NCBI RefSeq assembly: GCF_001571285.1
Contig: NZ_BCTM01000015.1
Location: 94,871 to 134,870 of the forward strand
Reading direction: 5' to 3'
Length of the DNA: 40,000 nucleotides
DNA from: Kluyvera cryocrescens NBRC 102467
Lineage (GTDB): Bacteria > Pseudomonadota > Gammaproteobacteria > Enterobacterales > Enterobacteriaceae
A program made the translations under genes and the position numbers. The notes beneath the pieces were generated by a model that was given only the letters and a program-made list of their open reading frames with translations, ran no database searches and was not told where the DNA came from. Position 1 is the stretch's first letter. Each line of letters begins with the position of its first letter. Below, in pieces: positions 20,703-28,397 of this stretch.

Positions 20703-20708
20703 CTCTCT

Positions 20709-20873
20709 TTAATACACATCGTCTCTACGCAGCCCGACATCTTTCAGCTGTTCATCGCTCATTCGCTGCAAAATGCGGCGGGTTTTCTGCACACGCCACC
20801 ATTTTTTCATAAAGTGCCACAGTAAAATAAAGCCGATAAACGGCTGTCTTGCCCGGTTCTCGTGAAATTCCAT
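20709..20873 (-). CDS. yjiS: DUF1127 small protein (YjiS-like)
   Basis: Not in the ORF track because it is under 60 aa. The minus strand has a strong SD (GAGGAGGTGGAGT) before ATG 20873. The 54-aa product is MEFHENRARQPFIGFILLWHFMKKWWRVQKTRRILQRMSDEQLKDVGLRRDDVY, ending at TAA. The DUF1127-type tail is L.D.GL.R.D. It is divergent from the MocR gene, as yjiS and yjiR are in E. coli. Confidence 0.8.
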   Translation of the reverse strand: MEFHENRARQPFIGFILLWHFMKKWWRVQKTRRILQRMSDEQLKDVGLRRDDVY

Positions 20874-20928
20874 ACTCCACCTCCTCATCTTGTCAGAGGC
20901 TTTATCTTCACGTATTTCCCGCTATGCA

Positions 20929-21029
20929 ATACAGATTCAAAAAACACTTTTATTTAACATACAGATTCGCTAAAACGGTATCTGCGTGCGGTTTTTGTCG
21001 CCTGACTGTACTGGTTTTTTAATCTGTAT
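20929..21029. promoter_or_regulatory. ATACAGATT repeats in the yjiS/yjiR divergent region (candidate MocR operator)
   Basis: ATACAGATT occurs at 20929-20937 and 20959-20967 as direct repeats 30 bp apart. The inverted copy AATCTGTAT is at 21021-21029, and a partial ATACAG at 21044-21049. Confidence 0.4.
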
Positions 21030-21051
21030 GGCGATAACTGGGGATACAGCG

Positions 21052-22494
21052 ATGACGCGTTACCAACACCTGGCCAATCTGCTGGCCGAACGTATTGAAC
21101 AAGGGTTGTATCGCCACGGCGAAAAACTCCCCTCCGTACGCAGCCTGAGCCAGGAGCACGGCGTCAGCATCAGTACCGTACAGCAGGCCTATCAGACGCT
21201 GGAACAGCGCCAGCTGATCACCCCGCAGCCGCGATCCGGCTATTTCGTCGCGCCGCAGAAGGCCCAGCCGCCGGTGCCACCGATGTCGCGCCCGGTGCAG
21301 CGCCCGGTAGAAATCACCCAGTGGGATCAGGTGCTGAACATGCTGGATGCCCGTAACGATAAGTCGATTATTCCCTTCGGCGGCGGCTCACCGGACGTCA
21401 CCCAGCCAAGCCTGAAGCCGCTGTGGCGCGAGATGAGCCGCGTGATACAGCACAATATCGTCGACGTGCTGAGCTACGACGAACTGGCCGGTCGCCGCGA
21501 GCTTCGCGAACAGATCGCCCGCCTGATGCTCGACGGTGGATCGGTAGTCAACGCCGACGATCTGATCATCACCAGCGGCTGCCACAGCGCGCTGTCGCTG
21601 GCGCTGCTGTCGGTGTGCCAGCCCGGCGACATCATCGCCGTCGAATCCCCCACCTACTACGGCACCATGCAGCTATTGCGCGGGCTGGGGTTGAAAGCCA
21701 TTGAGATCCCCACCGATCCCAACACGGGGATCAGCGTCGAAGCGCTGGAAATGGCGTTAGATCAGTGGCCGATCAAAGGGGTGATCCTCGTTCCCAACTG
21801 CAACAACCCGCAGGGCTTTATCATGCCAGACGCCCGCAAGCGCGCGGTGCTGAATCTCGCCCAGCGCTACGATATCGTCATTTTTGAAGATGATATCTAC
21901 GGTGAGCTGGCAACCGAATATCCGCGCCCGCGCACCATTCACTCATGGGATATCGACGGCCGGGTGATGCTCTGCAGTTCGTTTACCAAAACTATTGCTC
22001 CCGGGCTGCGCATCGGCTGGATAGCCCCTGGCCGCTACTACGACAAGCTGCTGCAGATGAAATACGCCGCCAACGGCACCAACGTCCCGTCAACGCAGCT
22101 TGCCGCCTCCAACTTTATTCGTGAAGGCCACTACCACCGCCACGTCCGTCGGATGCGGCAGATCTACCAGCGCAACATGGAGATCTACACCTGTTGGCTG
22201 CGCGAGTTTTTCCCCTGCGGGATCTGCGTCACGCGCCCGCTGAGCGGCTATATGCTGTGGGTTGAGCTGCCCGAGCAGGTAGATATGGTGTGCGTCGCCC
22301 AGCAGCTGTGTCGAATGAAGATCCAGGTGGCACCGGGATCGCTGTTTTCTGCGTCGGGAAAATACCGCAACTGCCTGCGGATCAACTGCGCGCTGCCGCC
22401 AATCGACAAGCATCGCGAGGTGATGGTACAGCTGGGGGAGGCGGTGAAGGTGGCGATGGCGTGGGATGAATCCACCGCCCACCTGAAACGTTAA
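21052..22494 (+). CDS. yjiR: MocR/GabR-type regulator (GntR wHTH fused to a fold-type I aminotransferase-like domain)
   Basis: From ATG 21052 the product is 480 aa. The N-terminal wHTH is LPSVRSLSQEHGVSISTVQQAYQTLE and the PLP-lysine context is SFTKTIAPGLRIGW. It pairs with yjiS as in E. coli. Confidence 0.85.
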   Translation: MTRYQHLANLLAERIEQGLYRHGEKLPSVRSLSQEHGVSISTVQQAYQTLEQRQLITPQPRSGYFVAPQKAQPPVPPMSRPVQRPVEITQWDQVLNMLDARNDKSIIPFGGGSPDVTQPSLKPLWREMSRVIQHNIVDVLSYDELAGRRELREQIARLMLDGGSVVNADDLIITSGCHSALSLALLSVCQPGDIIAVESPTYYGTMQLLRGLGLKAIEIPTDPNTGISVEALEMALDQWPIKGVILVPNCNNPQGFIMPDARKRAVLNLAQRYDIVIFEDDIYGELATEYPRPRTIHSWDIDGRVMLCSSFTKTIAPGLRIGWIAPGRYYDKLLQMKYAANGTNVPSTQLAASNFIREGHYHRHVRRMRQIYQRNMEIYTCWLREFFPCGICVTRPLSGYMLWVELPEQVDMVCVAQQLCRMKIQVAPGSLFSASGKYRNCLRINCALPPIDKHREVMVQLGEAVKVAMAWDESTAHLKR

Positions 22495-23438
22495 GAAGCG
22501 GCGCTAACCGCTGATTCAGCGCTATTCGCCGCATCCTGTGGCCGGGAAACCGTGCGGCTTTTGCTGCCGTCGACGCCTACCGCAATCTCCCCTTCGACCG
22601 TCACCCGGCGCACGACGCGCGGCTGGGTGTCATAGTCGTTCACCGCATAGTGCTGGGTGCTGCGGTTGTCCCAAATCACCACATCGTCCTGCTGCCACTG
22701 CCAGCGCACGGTGTTATCGAGGCGGATAATACGGTTTTGCAACAGCTCGAACAGCTGTGCAGACTCACGCGAGCTAAAGCCCACCAGCCGTTTCACAAAG
22801 TGCCCCAGTAGCAGCGCACGTTCGCCGCTAACCGGGTGGACGTGCACCACCGGGTGTTCGGCTTCCCACAGCGCGGAGACGAAAACTTTCTGATGGTGCG
22901 CCAGGCGGTGCGTTTCCACTACCGTGCGCTCGGCGCCATAGTCATAGTCGTTGCTGTGCACCGCGCGCAGGGTATCGACGAAGCGTTTTAAGGTCTCCGG
23001 CAGCTGTTCATAGGCGCGGGCGGTGTTGGCCCACACGGTATCGCCGCCGTATTCCGGGATGGTGACGCCGCGCAGAATAGAAATTTTCGGGAAGGCGTCA
23101 ACGAAGGTGACGTCGGTATGCCAGGAGTCGGCGCGGCCACCGCCTTTCGAGGCATCAAGCTCAAACAGTTTGGTGCCTTCCGGGGACGGTACCGTCGGGT
23201 GAGGCACAATCTTGCCAAACCGCGCGCCAAAAGCCTGGTGTTCGGCATCGGTGAGGTGGCCCTGCTGGCGGAAGAACAGCACCTTATATTTGACCAGCGC
23301 CGCCTCCACCTGGGCAAACGTCTCGGCATCCAGATCAGCGGAAAGACGAATGTCGCGGATCTCCGCGCCGATGTTACCCGCCACGCGGCGTAAATTTAAT
23401 AAAGGAAAATCGGTATCAGCAGTCTTCACAGCAGTCAT
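22491..23438 (-). CDS. TauD/TfdA-family Fe(II)/2-oxoglutarate dioxygenase
   Basis: 315 aa with the HxD iron motif WHTDVTF, a distal His region (EHPVVHVHP) and WDNRSTQH. Its stop shares TTAA with the yjiR stop. Confidence 0.85.
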   Translation of the reverse strand: MTAVKTADTDFPLLNLRRVAGNIGAEIRDIRLSADLDAETFAQVEAALVKYKVLFFRQQGHLTDAEHQAFGARFGKIVPHPTVPSPEGTKLFELDASKGGGRADSWHTDVTFVDAFPKISILRGVTIPEYGGDTVWANTARAYEQLPETLKRFVDTLRAVHSNDYDYGAERTVVETHRLAHHQKVFVSALWEAEHPVVHVHPVSGERALLLGHFVKRLVGFSSRESAQLFELLQNRIIRLDNTVRWQWQQDDVVIWDNRSTQHYAVNDYDTQPRVVRRVTVEGEIAVGVDGSKSRTVSRPQDAANSAESAVSAAS

Positions 23439-23541
23439 GATTGCGCCCCTTTAAATGGTCAGAAACCCGAATATAGAAATATTCCGCCGGGTGACAAAGT
23501 CGACTTTGTGATATTGATAGCTGTCAGGCGGGATAACCCAT

Positions 23542-23847
23542 TCCCCTAAGCCAATAAATTAGGGGAAACGCCGGGATTGGCTTCCCGGAGGGAACGCCCA
23601 ACCCGGTGGTCGCCCCGGATATCTCAATCTGAAATAAACGGCTAACGCTGCTCCCCTAAGCCAATAAATTAGGGGAAACGCCGGGATTGGGTTCCCGGAG
23701 GGACGCCCAACCTGGTGGTCGCCCCAGTTATCTCAATCTGAAATAAACGGCTAACGCCGTTCCCCTAAACCAATAAATTAGGGAAACGCCGGGATTGGGT
23801 TCCCGGAGGGACGCCCAACCCGGTGGTCGCCCCGGGTATCTCAATCT
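23542..23847. repeat. Three tandem ~110-bp direct repeats, each with internal hairpins
   Basis: Units start at 23542, 23652 and 23761 (periods 110 and 109 bp). The unit is tcccctaagccaataaattaggggaaacgccgggattgggttcccggagggacgcccaacccggtggtcgcccc...atctcaatctgaaataaacggctaacgc. Only a handful of substitutions or indels separate the copies. Confidence 0.9.
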
Positions 23848-23874
23848 ACAATGTGCGACAAAACCGGGCACTTC

Positions 23875-23890
23875 GCCTTATCCGGCCTAC
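23875..23890. repeat. REP half-site
   Basis: gccttatccggcctac is the canonical REP tail, but no partner arm is present. Confidence 0.35.
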
Positions 23891-23916
23891 CGTTTATCTT
23901 GCTGACAGGAGTCCTT

Positions 23917-24159
23917 ATGACCACGGAAATCACCCTCACCCCCGCCGAGCGCGAACGGCTACGCGACCAGCTTTCCGACTACTGCTCAGAGCATTTTGAG
24001 CTGGAGCTGGAACAATTCGACGCCGAGTTTTTTGTCGATTTCGTTATCGATAAACTGGGCCCGGCCTTTTACAACGCCGGGATCGAGGAGGCGATTCGCA
24101 CCCATTTAGCGTGGAGCGAACGCATTCAGGAAGAGATGGATGTGAAGAAAATTTTATGA
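23917..24159 (+). CDS. DUF2164-like small acidic protein
   Basis: ATG 23917 has an AGGAG SD at 23907-23911. The 80-aa product (MTTEITLTPAERERLRDQLSDYCSEHFELELEQFDAEFFVDFVIDKLGPAFYNAGIEE...) is strongly acidic. Its stop overlaps the next gene start (ATGA at 24156-24159). Confidence 0.7.
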   Translation: MTTEITLTPAERERLRDQLSDYCSEHFELELEQFDAEFFVDFVIDKLGPAFYNAGIEEAIRTHLAWSERIQEEMDVKKIL

Positions 24160-24626
24160 CTCAACACGCTGTAATTTATTCACTGCGCGAACACCCGCAG
24201 AAAATGGCAGCGGTTATCGCCTACTTCCAGCAGCAATGGGCATCGGAAGAATCGATGATGGTTTACGACGACGCGCTGCGCCGCACGCCGGGAGCGAAAA
24301 ACCCGCTGCCGCAGTGGTACTGGCTGCAGGACGGCGAGCGGATTATCGGCTGCGCGGGGCTAATTACGAACGATTTCATCAGCCGCGGCGAGCTCTACCC
24401 GTGGCTGTGTGCGCTCTATATCGACCCCGAGTATCGCCAGCAGGGATTGGCCCGCCGGCTGATTGACCATATCGCCCGGCGCACCCGTGAGCTTGGGTTT
24501 GACCAGCTGCATCTGTGCACCGATATCGAAGGGTTTTACGAGAAAGCGGGCTTCGTTTTCAACGGCCTGGGCTATCATCCGTGGGGCGAATCATCGCGGG
24601 TCTACACGCGAGAGTTAGGCATTTAA
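24156..24626 (+). CDS. GNAT-family N-acetyltransferase
   Basis: ATG 24156 gives 156 aa. The acetyl-CoA motif region is YRQQGLARRLIDHI. It is translationally coupled to the upstream DUF2164 gene. Confidence 0.8.
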   Translation: MTQHAVIYSLREHPQKMAAVIAYFQQQWASEESMMVYDDALRRTPGAKNPLPQWYWLQDGERIIGCAGLITNDFISRGELYPWLCALYIDPEYRQQGLARRLIDHIARRTRELGFDQLHLCTDIEGFYEKAGFVFNGLGYHPWGESSRVYTRELGI

Positions 24627-24667
24627 ACCGGCGCTGCGTTGTCCAAAACGCCGCGCCACGGTTGTCA

Positions 24668-25741
24668 CTACTGCCATCTCTCCTGCTGAAGCTCCAGCAA
24701 CAGCAGCATCATCAGCGCCTGAGCGTACGGCACGGGCGCCATAGCAATATCGCAGTAGTACTGAAGATCCGGACCGACCATGGTCCCCTTTGACGCTTCC
24801 AGCACGATCCCACGATCGTCGATCCTGTCGCGCAGCGCGTGCCACGCCCGCAGCGCATGATCGGCCGCTTTCTCATCAAGGATCCCCATCCGTACACCGC
24901 GCAACATACCGTAGGCGATCCCGGCGGTGGCGGAAGATTCCTGCGGTGACAGCGGATCGTCCAGCAGCGTATGCCACATGCCATTATCGGCCTGCACGTC
25001 GCAAAGCGTATTCACCTGACGCGCCACCACCGCCGACAGATAGCGCTGCACGCTGGCATCGAGGCTATCCCCCAGCAGCGCGATAAACTCTGGGATCGCC
25101 ACGGTGATCCAGGCGTTGCCGCGCCCCCAGAAAGCTTTGGAGAAATGGTGTTTACCGACAAATGTCCAACCGTGATACCACAGGCCGCTGGCCGGTTCGC
25201 ACAGATAACGGGTATGCAGCAGGAACTGGTACGACGCTTCGTCGATCAGATCCTTGCGCTTTAGCACGACGCCCGCGGTACCGAGAAACAGACAGGTCAT
25301 AAACAACGTATCGTCCCACAGATGACCCGTATTGGGTTGCTCCTTAACCACATGCTGGAAGCCGCCCTCTTCGGTTTTCGGCAAAGTGCGCAGCAGATCA
25401 TCGGCCCAACTATTCACGACCGCCAGCAGATCCTGACGGCCGGTATGCCCGGCCACTAGCGCCAGGGTGATCATCGGTGCGGTGGTGTTGATCTGGATCT
25501 CCGGTAGCCCTTTCGCCAGTTGGCCTTCGTACCAGGCGAGGATCGCTTGTTGCAGACCCTCGTCACCCTGCTGGCGCGCGTACTGCCAGAAGCCATACAG
25601 ACCAACGCCCACTTCCCATTCCCACTCTTCAAAGTGGATCGCAAAACCTTCGCTGCCGTTACCCACTTCACCGATATTTTTCAGGCGACAGAAACCCTGT
25701 ACCACCTGTTCCAACAGGGTATTTAACGCGTCGTTGTTCAT
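24668..25741 (-). CDS. GH105/GH88-type unsaturated uronyl hydrolase (Glyco_hydro_88 fold, YteR/YesR-like)
   Basis: 357 aa with family-typical blocks WDDTLFM and FWGRGNAW. It has no signal peptide. Its start overlaps the upstream gene stop (ATGA). Confidence 0.75.
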   Translation of the reverse strand: MNNDALNTLLEQVVQGFCRLKNIGEVGNGSEGFAIHFEEWEWEVGVGLYGFWQYARQQGDEGLQQAILAWYEGQLAKGLPEIQINTTAPMITLALVAGHTGRQDLLAVVNSWADDLLRTLPKTEEGGFQHVVKEQPNTGHLWDDTLFMTCLFLGTAGVVLKRKDLIDEASYQFLLHTRYLCEPASGLWYHGWTFVGKHHFSKAFWGRGNAWITVAIPEFIALLGDSLDASVQRYLSAVVARQVNTLCDVQADNGMWHTLLDDPLSPQESSATAGIAYGMLRGVRMGILDEKAADHALRAWHALRDRIDDRGIVLEASKGTMVGPDLQYYCDIAMAPVPYAQALMMLLLLELQQERWQ

Positions 25742-28158
25742 TGTGATTCTCCTGAAAAAACAACCTGAAGTTCATTGCCGGCAAGCGTAGGGAAGACGGC
25801 GCTCATGCCGTCGTTCTGGCATTCACCCTGCCAGCTCAGTTGCATCACGGTACGGCTGGCGTCAATGACCCGCGCGCTATCGCCCTGCAGCGCAATACGC
25901 AGCGCATCACCGCGCTGACAGAAGGTGCGAAACGCCGAGACATCGCCCTCACCCACCTCCAGCCACCACGCGACATGGCTGCCTTCGGCACGCACTTCAT
26001 CGCCATTGACGATTAACGGCTGCGAGCAAAGAATCATCGCAAAAGCGTTGCCGGCACGTACCGCATAGCCCTGCGCCAGCGGGCGTACCTCATCAAAGGC
26101 TTCAGCGGCCAAGTGGAGATGTGTCCAGTTTAGACGTTCACCTTCAGGCAATCGCCACAGCATCAGCGCCCGATTGTTCACCTGCATCACGCGCGGCAGT
26201 ACACCGTTACCGGCCCAGAAGGAGGGGCGCGCTTCGCTGCCCGGCTGCACATCACCGGGATGGTTGATCCACAGACGCGCGTCGGGGCGAGTGGCAAACT
26301 GAACATCAATCAGATGCTGCTGATGCCCACGTTCACCGCTATGGTGATTAACGCAGCTTGAAAGGCTGACCGCCGGCTGTTTCCACGCCACAATATTGCC
26401 GCCGCCGCACTGGTAATACGCGCTCAGCGCCCCGTGGCGCAAGCGGGCATAGTGCGCCGTCTCCACCGGTGGCGCGTAATCACTCAAGCAGAAAAACGGC
26501 AGCGAGGCGCATTTGCGGTTAGCATGCCCACCGCCCCACGCCACGTGGCCAAAGGCGGAAAGCTCAGTAAGTGGGCTGGCGAGCAGCTCTTTTTCATACA
26601 CCCGTCCCATGGTGCCAGCCGCAATACCGGACTGATAGTGCAGCGCGCTGGTCAGCATCAGGCGGTCGATCAGCCGACGGGCGCGCTGACGCAGCGCTCT
26701 ATCCTCGGCCAACTGATAGAGCGCAAACAGGCCAATGTAGTCCACCGGATAATAAGGGGCAGAATTCCACTCCACGAACCCCTGCTGCTCCACGGCATCA
26801 AACCAGGTCTGTAGGCGCTGGCTGGCAATCGCCATCTGCTCGCGTCCCCTGCGGCCAGAAGCGATAAACAACTCGTCCGGGAACATCTGCCCGGCCAAAT
26901 ACTGGGCGACGTGGAAGCACAGCGCGTGGTTCTCACTCCAGAACCACATCACGTCGTTGCCCAGTTCGTCATACCAGTAGCGATAGCCAAGTATGGCCGA
27001 GCGCACGCGGTTCCACAGCACCGCCGGGAAATGTTCGCCATGAAAATCGCGCCAAATCCACAGCAGCGGCACCATGGAGAAATCCGAGCAGTCCTGGCGG
27101 GCGCTGATGCGCTGTAGCGTAGTGATGAGCAGCTCCTGCGCCTGCGGGCCGCTCTCACCAACGTGCAGCATCGCCAGCAGGCGGCCGGTGCGCGGTACGC
27201 CGTGTCGCGCAATATAGCTAAGCGCCTCGCGCTTACGGGTTTCCAGTACGCCTTCTCCGCCGGGTAACGGCGCGTCGCTCAGGACGGTAACGCTCAGGCT
27301 GCGGCTCATGACCACATCGCCCAGCGAGGCGGTGAGTTCCAGCCGATAATGGCCGATACCAAGCGTGTCCGGGAGCGGGAGGATCAGGCCATTATGACCC
27401 GTTTTCAGCGAGCCAAAGTCCAGCGGACAGGTGGCGATACAGTCGTTGCCCAGGCTGTAAACCGCGCCGCTTAGCGTAAGGCTGACATCGGCCAGACACG
27501 GAAGATGGAACGTTGAATGGCGAGTAACCACGCTCGCCGGTAACGAATCCATAAATGCCTGCAGCGTTTCTGCGTCGGCGTGATTCACATCAGGCAGCTC
27601 GGCTTCCAGCGGTTCTCCTGCAAGATAGGTCATGCGGAAAGCGAAAATAGTGTCACGCTCAAACAGCTCGTCAAGATGGACAAGCAGCGTATTACCGCCG
27701 GACTGAAGGGTTATCTCCACGGGCGATGTTTGCAGCGTATTGCGGGTAAATGGCGTAAAGCAGGCGGCCTGTACGCCGTTGCACCAGATACGAACGCCGC
27801 CGCAGGTGGCTATCTCAAACGGATAACAGCCAGCTTTCGCGGCATGCAGCGTGACGCGCAGCCAACGCTGGCTATGGGTGGCAACGGGCTGCACGCCGGA
27901 AAAGGTCACGGTATCGCTGGCTCCGACGTAGGTCACCGCGGCGGCCGGTAACGCACGTTCCGGTGAGACTTCGCGCCGGGCGACGTCGCGACGGAAAATA
28001 CGCCGGCAAAAGGAGTCCTCCGCCGGACCTTTGCCGTTGGCGAAGTGATAATCCATCGCCTCATCTCGCGCTTCGCCCGTGAAAAACTCCGCAAACCGCT
28101 CATTATGCGGTGCCGAAACCGTAAAATGCGTCAGCGCCTTACCCGCTACCAGCCTCAT
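25738..28158 (-). CDS. Uncharacterised 806-aa cytoplasmic protein; central region possibly an alpha/alpha-toroid lyase/hydrolase (heparinase II/III-like)
   Basis: I trimmed the start to ATG 28158, which has a GAGGGG SD 8 nt upstream. The central helix-rich block is WFWSENHALCFHVAQYL...EWNSAPYYP, flanked by beta-rich N- and C-terminal regions. It has no signal peptide. The functional call is a guess. Confidence 0.6.
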   Translation of the reverse strand: MRLVAGKALTHFTVSAPHNERFAEFFTGEARDEAMDYHFANGKGPAEDSFCRRIFRRDVARREVSPERALPAAAVTYVGASDTVTFSGVQPVATHSQRWLRVTLHAAKAGCYPFEIATCGGVRIWCNGVQAACFTPFTRNTLQTSPVEITLQSGGNTLLVHLDELFERDTIFAFRMTYLAGEPLEAELPDVNHADAETLQAFMDSLPASVVTRHSTFHLPCLADVSLTLSGAVYSLGNDCIATCPLDFGSLKTGHNGLILPLPDTLGIGHYRLELTASLGDVVMSRSLSVTVLSDAPLPGGEGVLETRKREALSYIARHGVPRTGRLLAMLHVGESGPQAQELLITTLQRISARQDCSDFSMVPLLWIWRDFHGEHFPAVLWNRVRSAILGYRYWYDELGNDVMWFWSENHALCFHVAQYLAGQMFPDELFIASGRRGREQMAIASQRLQTWFDAVEQQGFVEWNSAPYYPVDYIGLFALYQLAEDRALRQRARRLIDRLMLTSALHYQSGIAAGTMGRVYEKELLASPLTELSAFGHVAWGGGHANRKCASLPFFCLSDYAPPVETAHYARLRHGALSAYYQCGGGNIVAWKQPAVSLSSCVNHHSGERGHQQHLIDVQFATRPDARLWINHPGDVQPGSEARPSFWAGNGVLPRVMQVNNRALMLWRLPEGERLNWTHLHLAAEAFDEVRPLAQGYAVRAGNAFAMILCSQPLIVNGDEVRAEGSHVAWWLEVGEGDVSAFRTFCQRGDALRIALQGDSARVIDASRTVMQLSWQGECQNDGMSAVFPTLAGNELQVVFSGESQ

Positions 28159-28294
28159 GTGAATCCCCTCAATTACCGCTTGGTGAATGGGCGATATTGT
28201 CAAAGAAAGGGCGGGAGGCGTGCCATGCATCTGCGAGGACGGTTTAATGGAACTGACTGGTCATTCACAATCTGCGTCGGCGGGGAGAGTAAAA

Positions 28295-28310
28295 CGTGAT
28301 AATCATCACA
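28295..28310. promoter_or_regulatory. CRP-binding-site-like palindrome upstream of the 806-aa gene
   Basis: The minus strand TGTGAtgattaTCACg matches 9 of 10 positions of TGTGA-N6-TCACA. Its centre lies about 144 bp upstream of ATG 28158, in the 239-bp gap between the 556-aa and 806-aa genes. Confidence 0.45.
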
Positions 28311-28397
28311 CTTAAAAATTTACCCTCGCCGCCGCCACCGGGAAAACTCACGTTTCCCGGCATGGATGACGCATTAGAGGGTGACGAACATCACATT

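Noticed and set aside
13345-20708. Search for restriction-modification or other defence genes at the K-12 hsd/mcr/mrr position
   Set aside because: Every ORF here has a metabolic, transport or regulatory assignment. I saw no methyltransferase, nuclease, helicase or ATPase signatures, so no defence system is called.
20986-21051. Upstream (GTG) extension of the MocR regulator ORF
   Set aside because: The extension covers the operator-like repeats. ATG 21052 gives the conserved MTRYQHLA... wHTH N-terminus.
23542-23847. CRISPR array interpretation of the tandem repeats
   Set aside because: The units are about 110 bp and directly abutting with no unique spacers, and no cas genes are in the window. 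It is a tandem direct repeat, not a CRISPR array.
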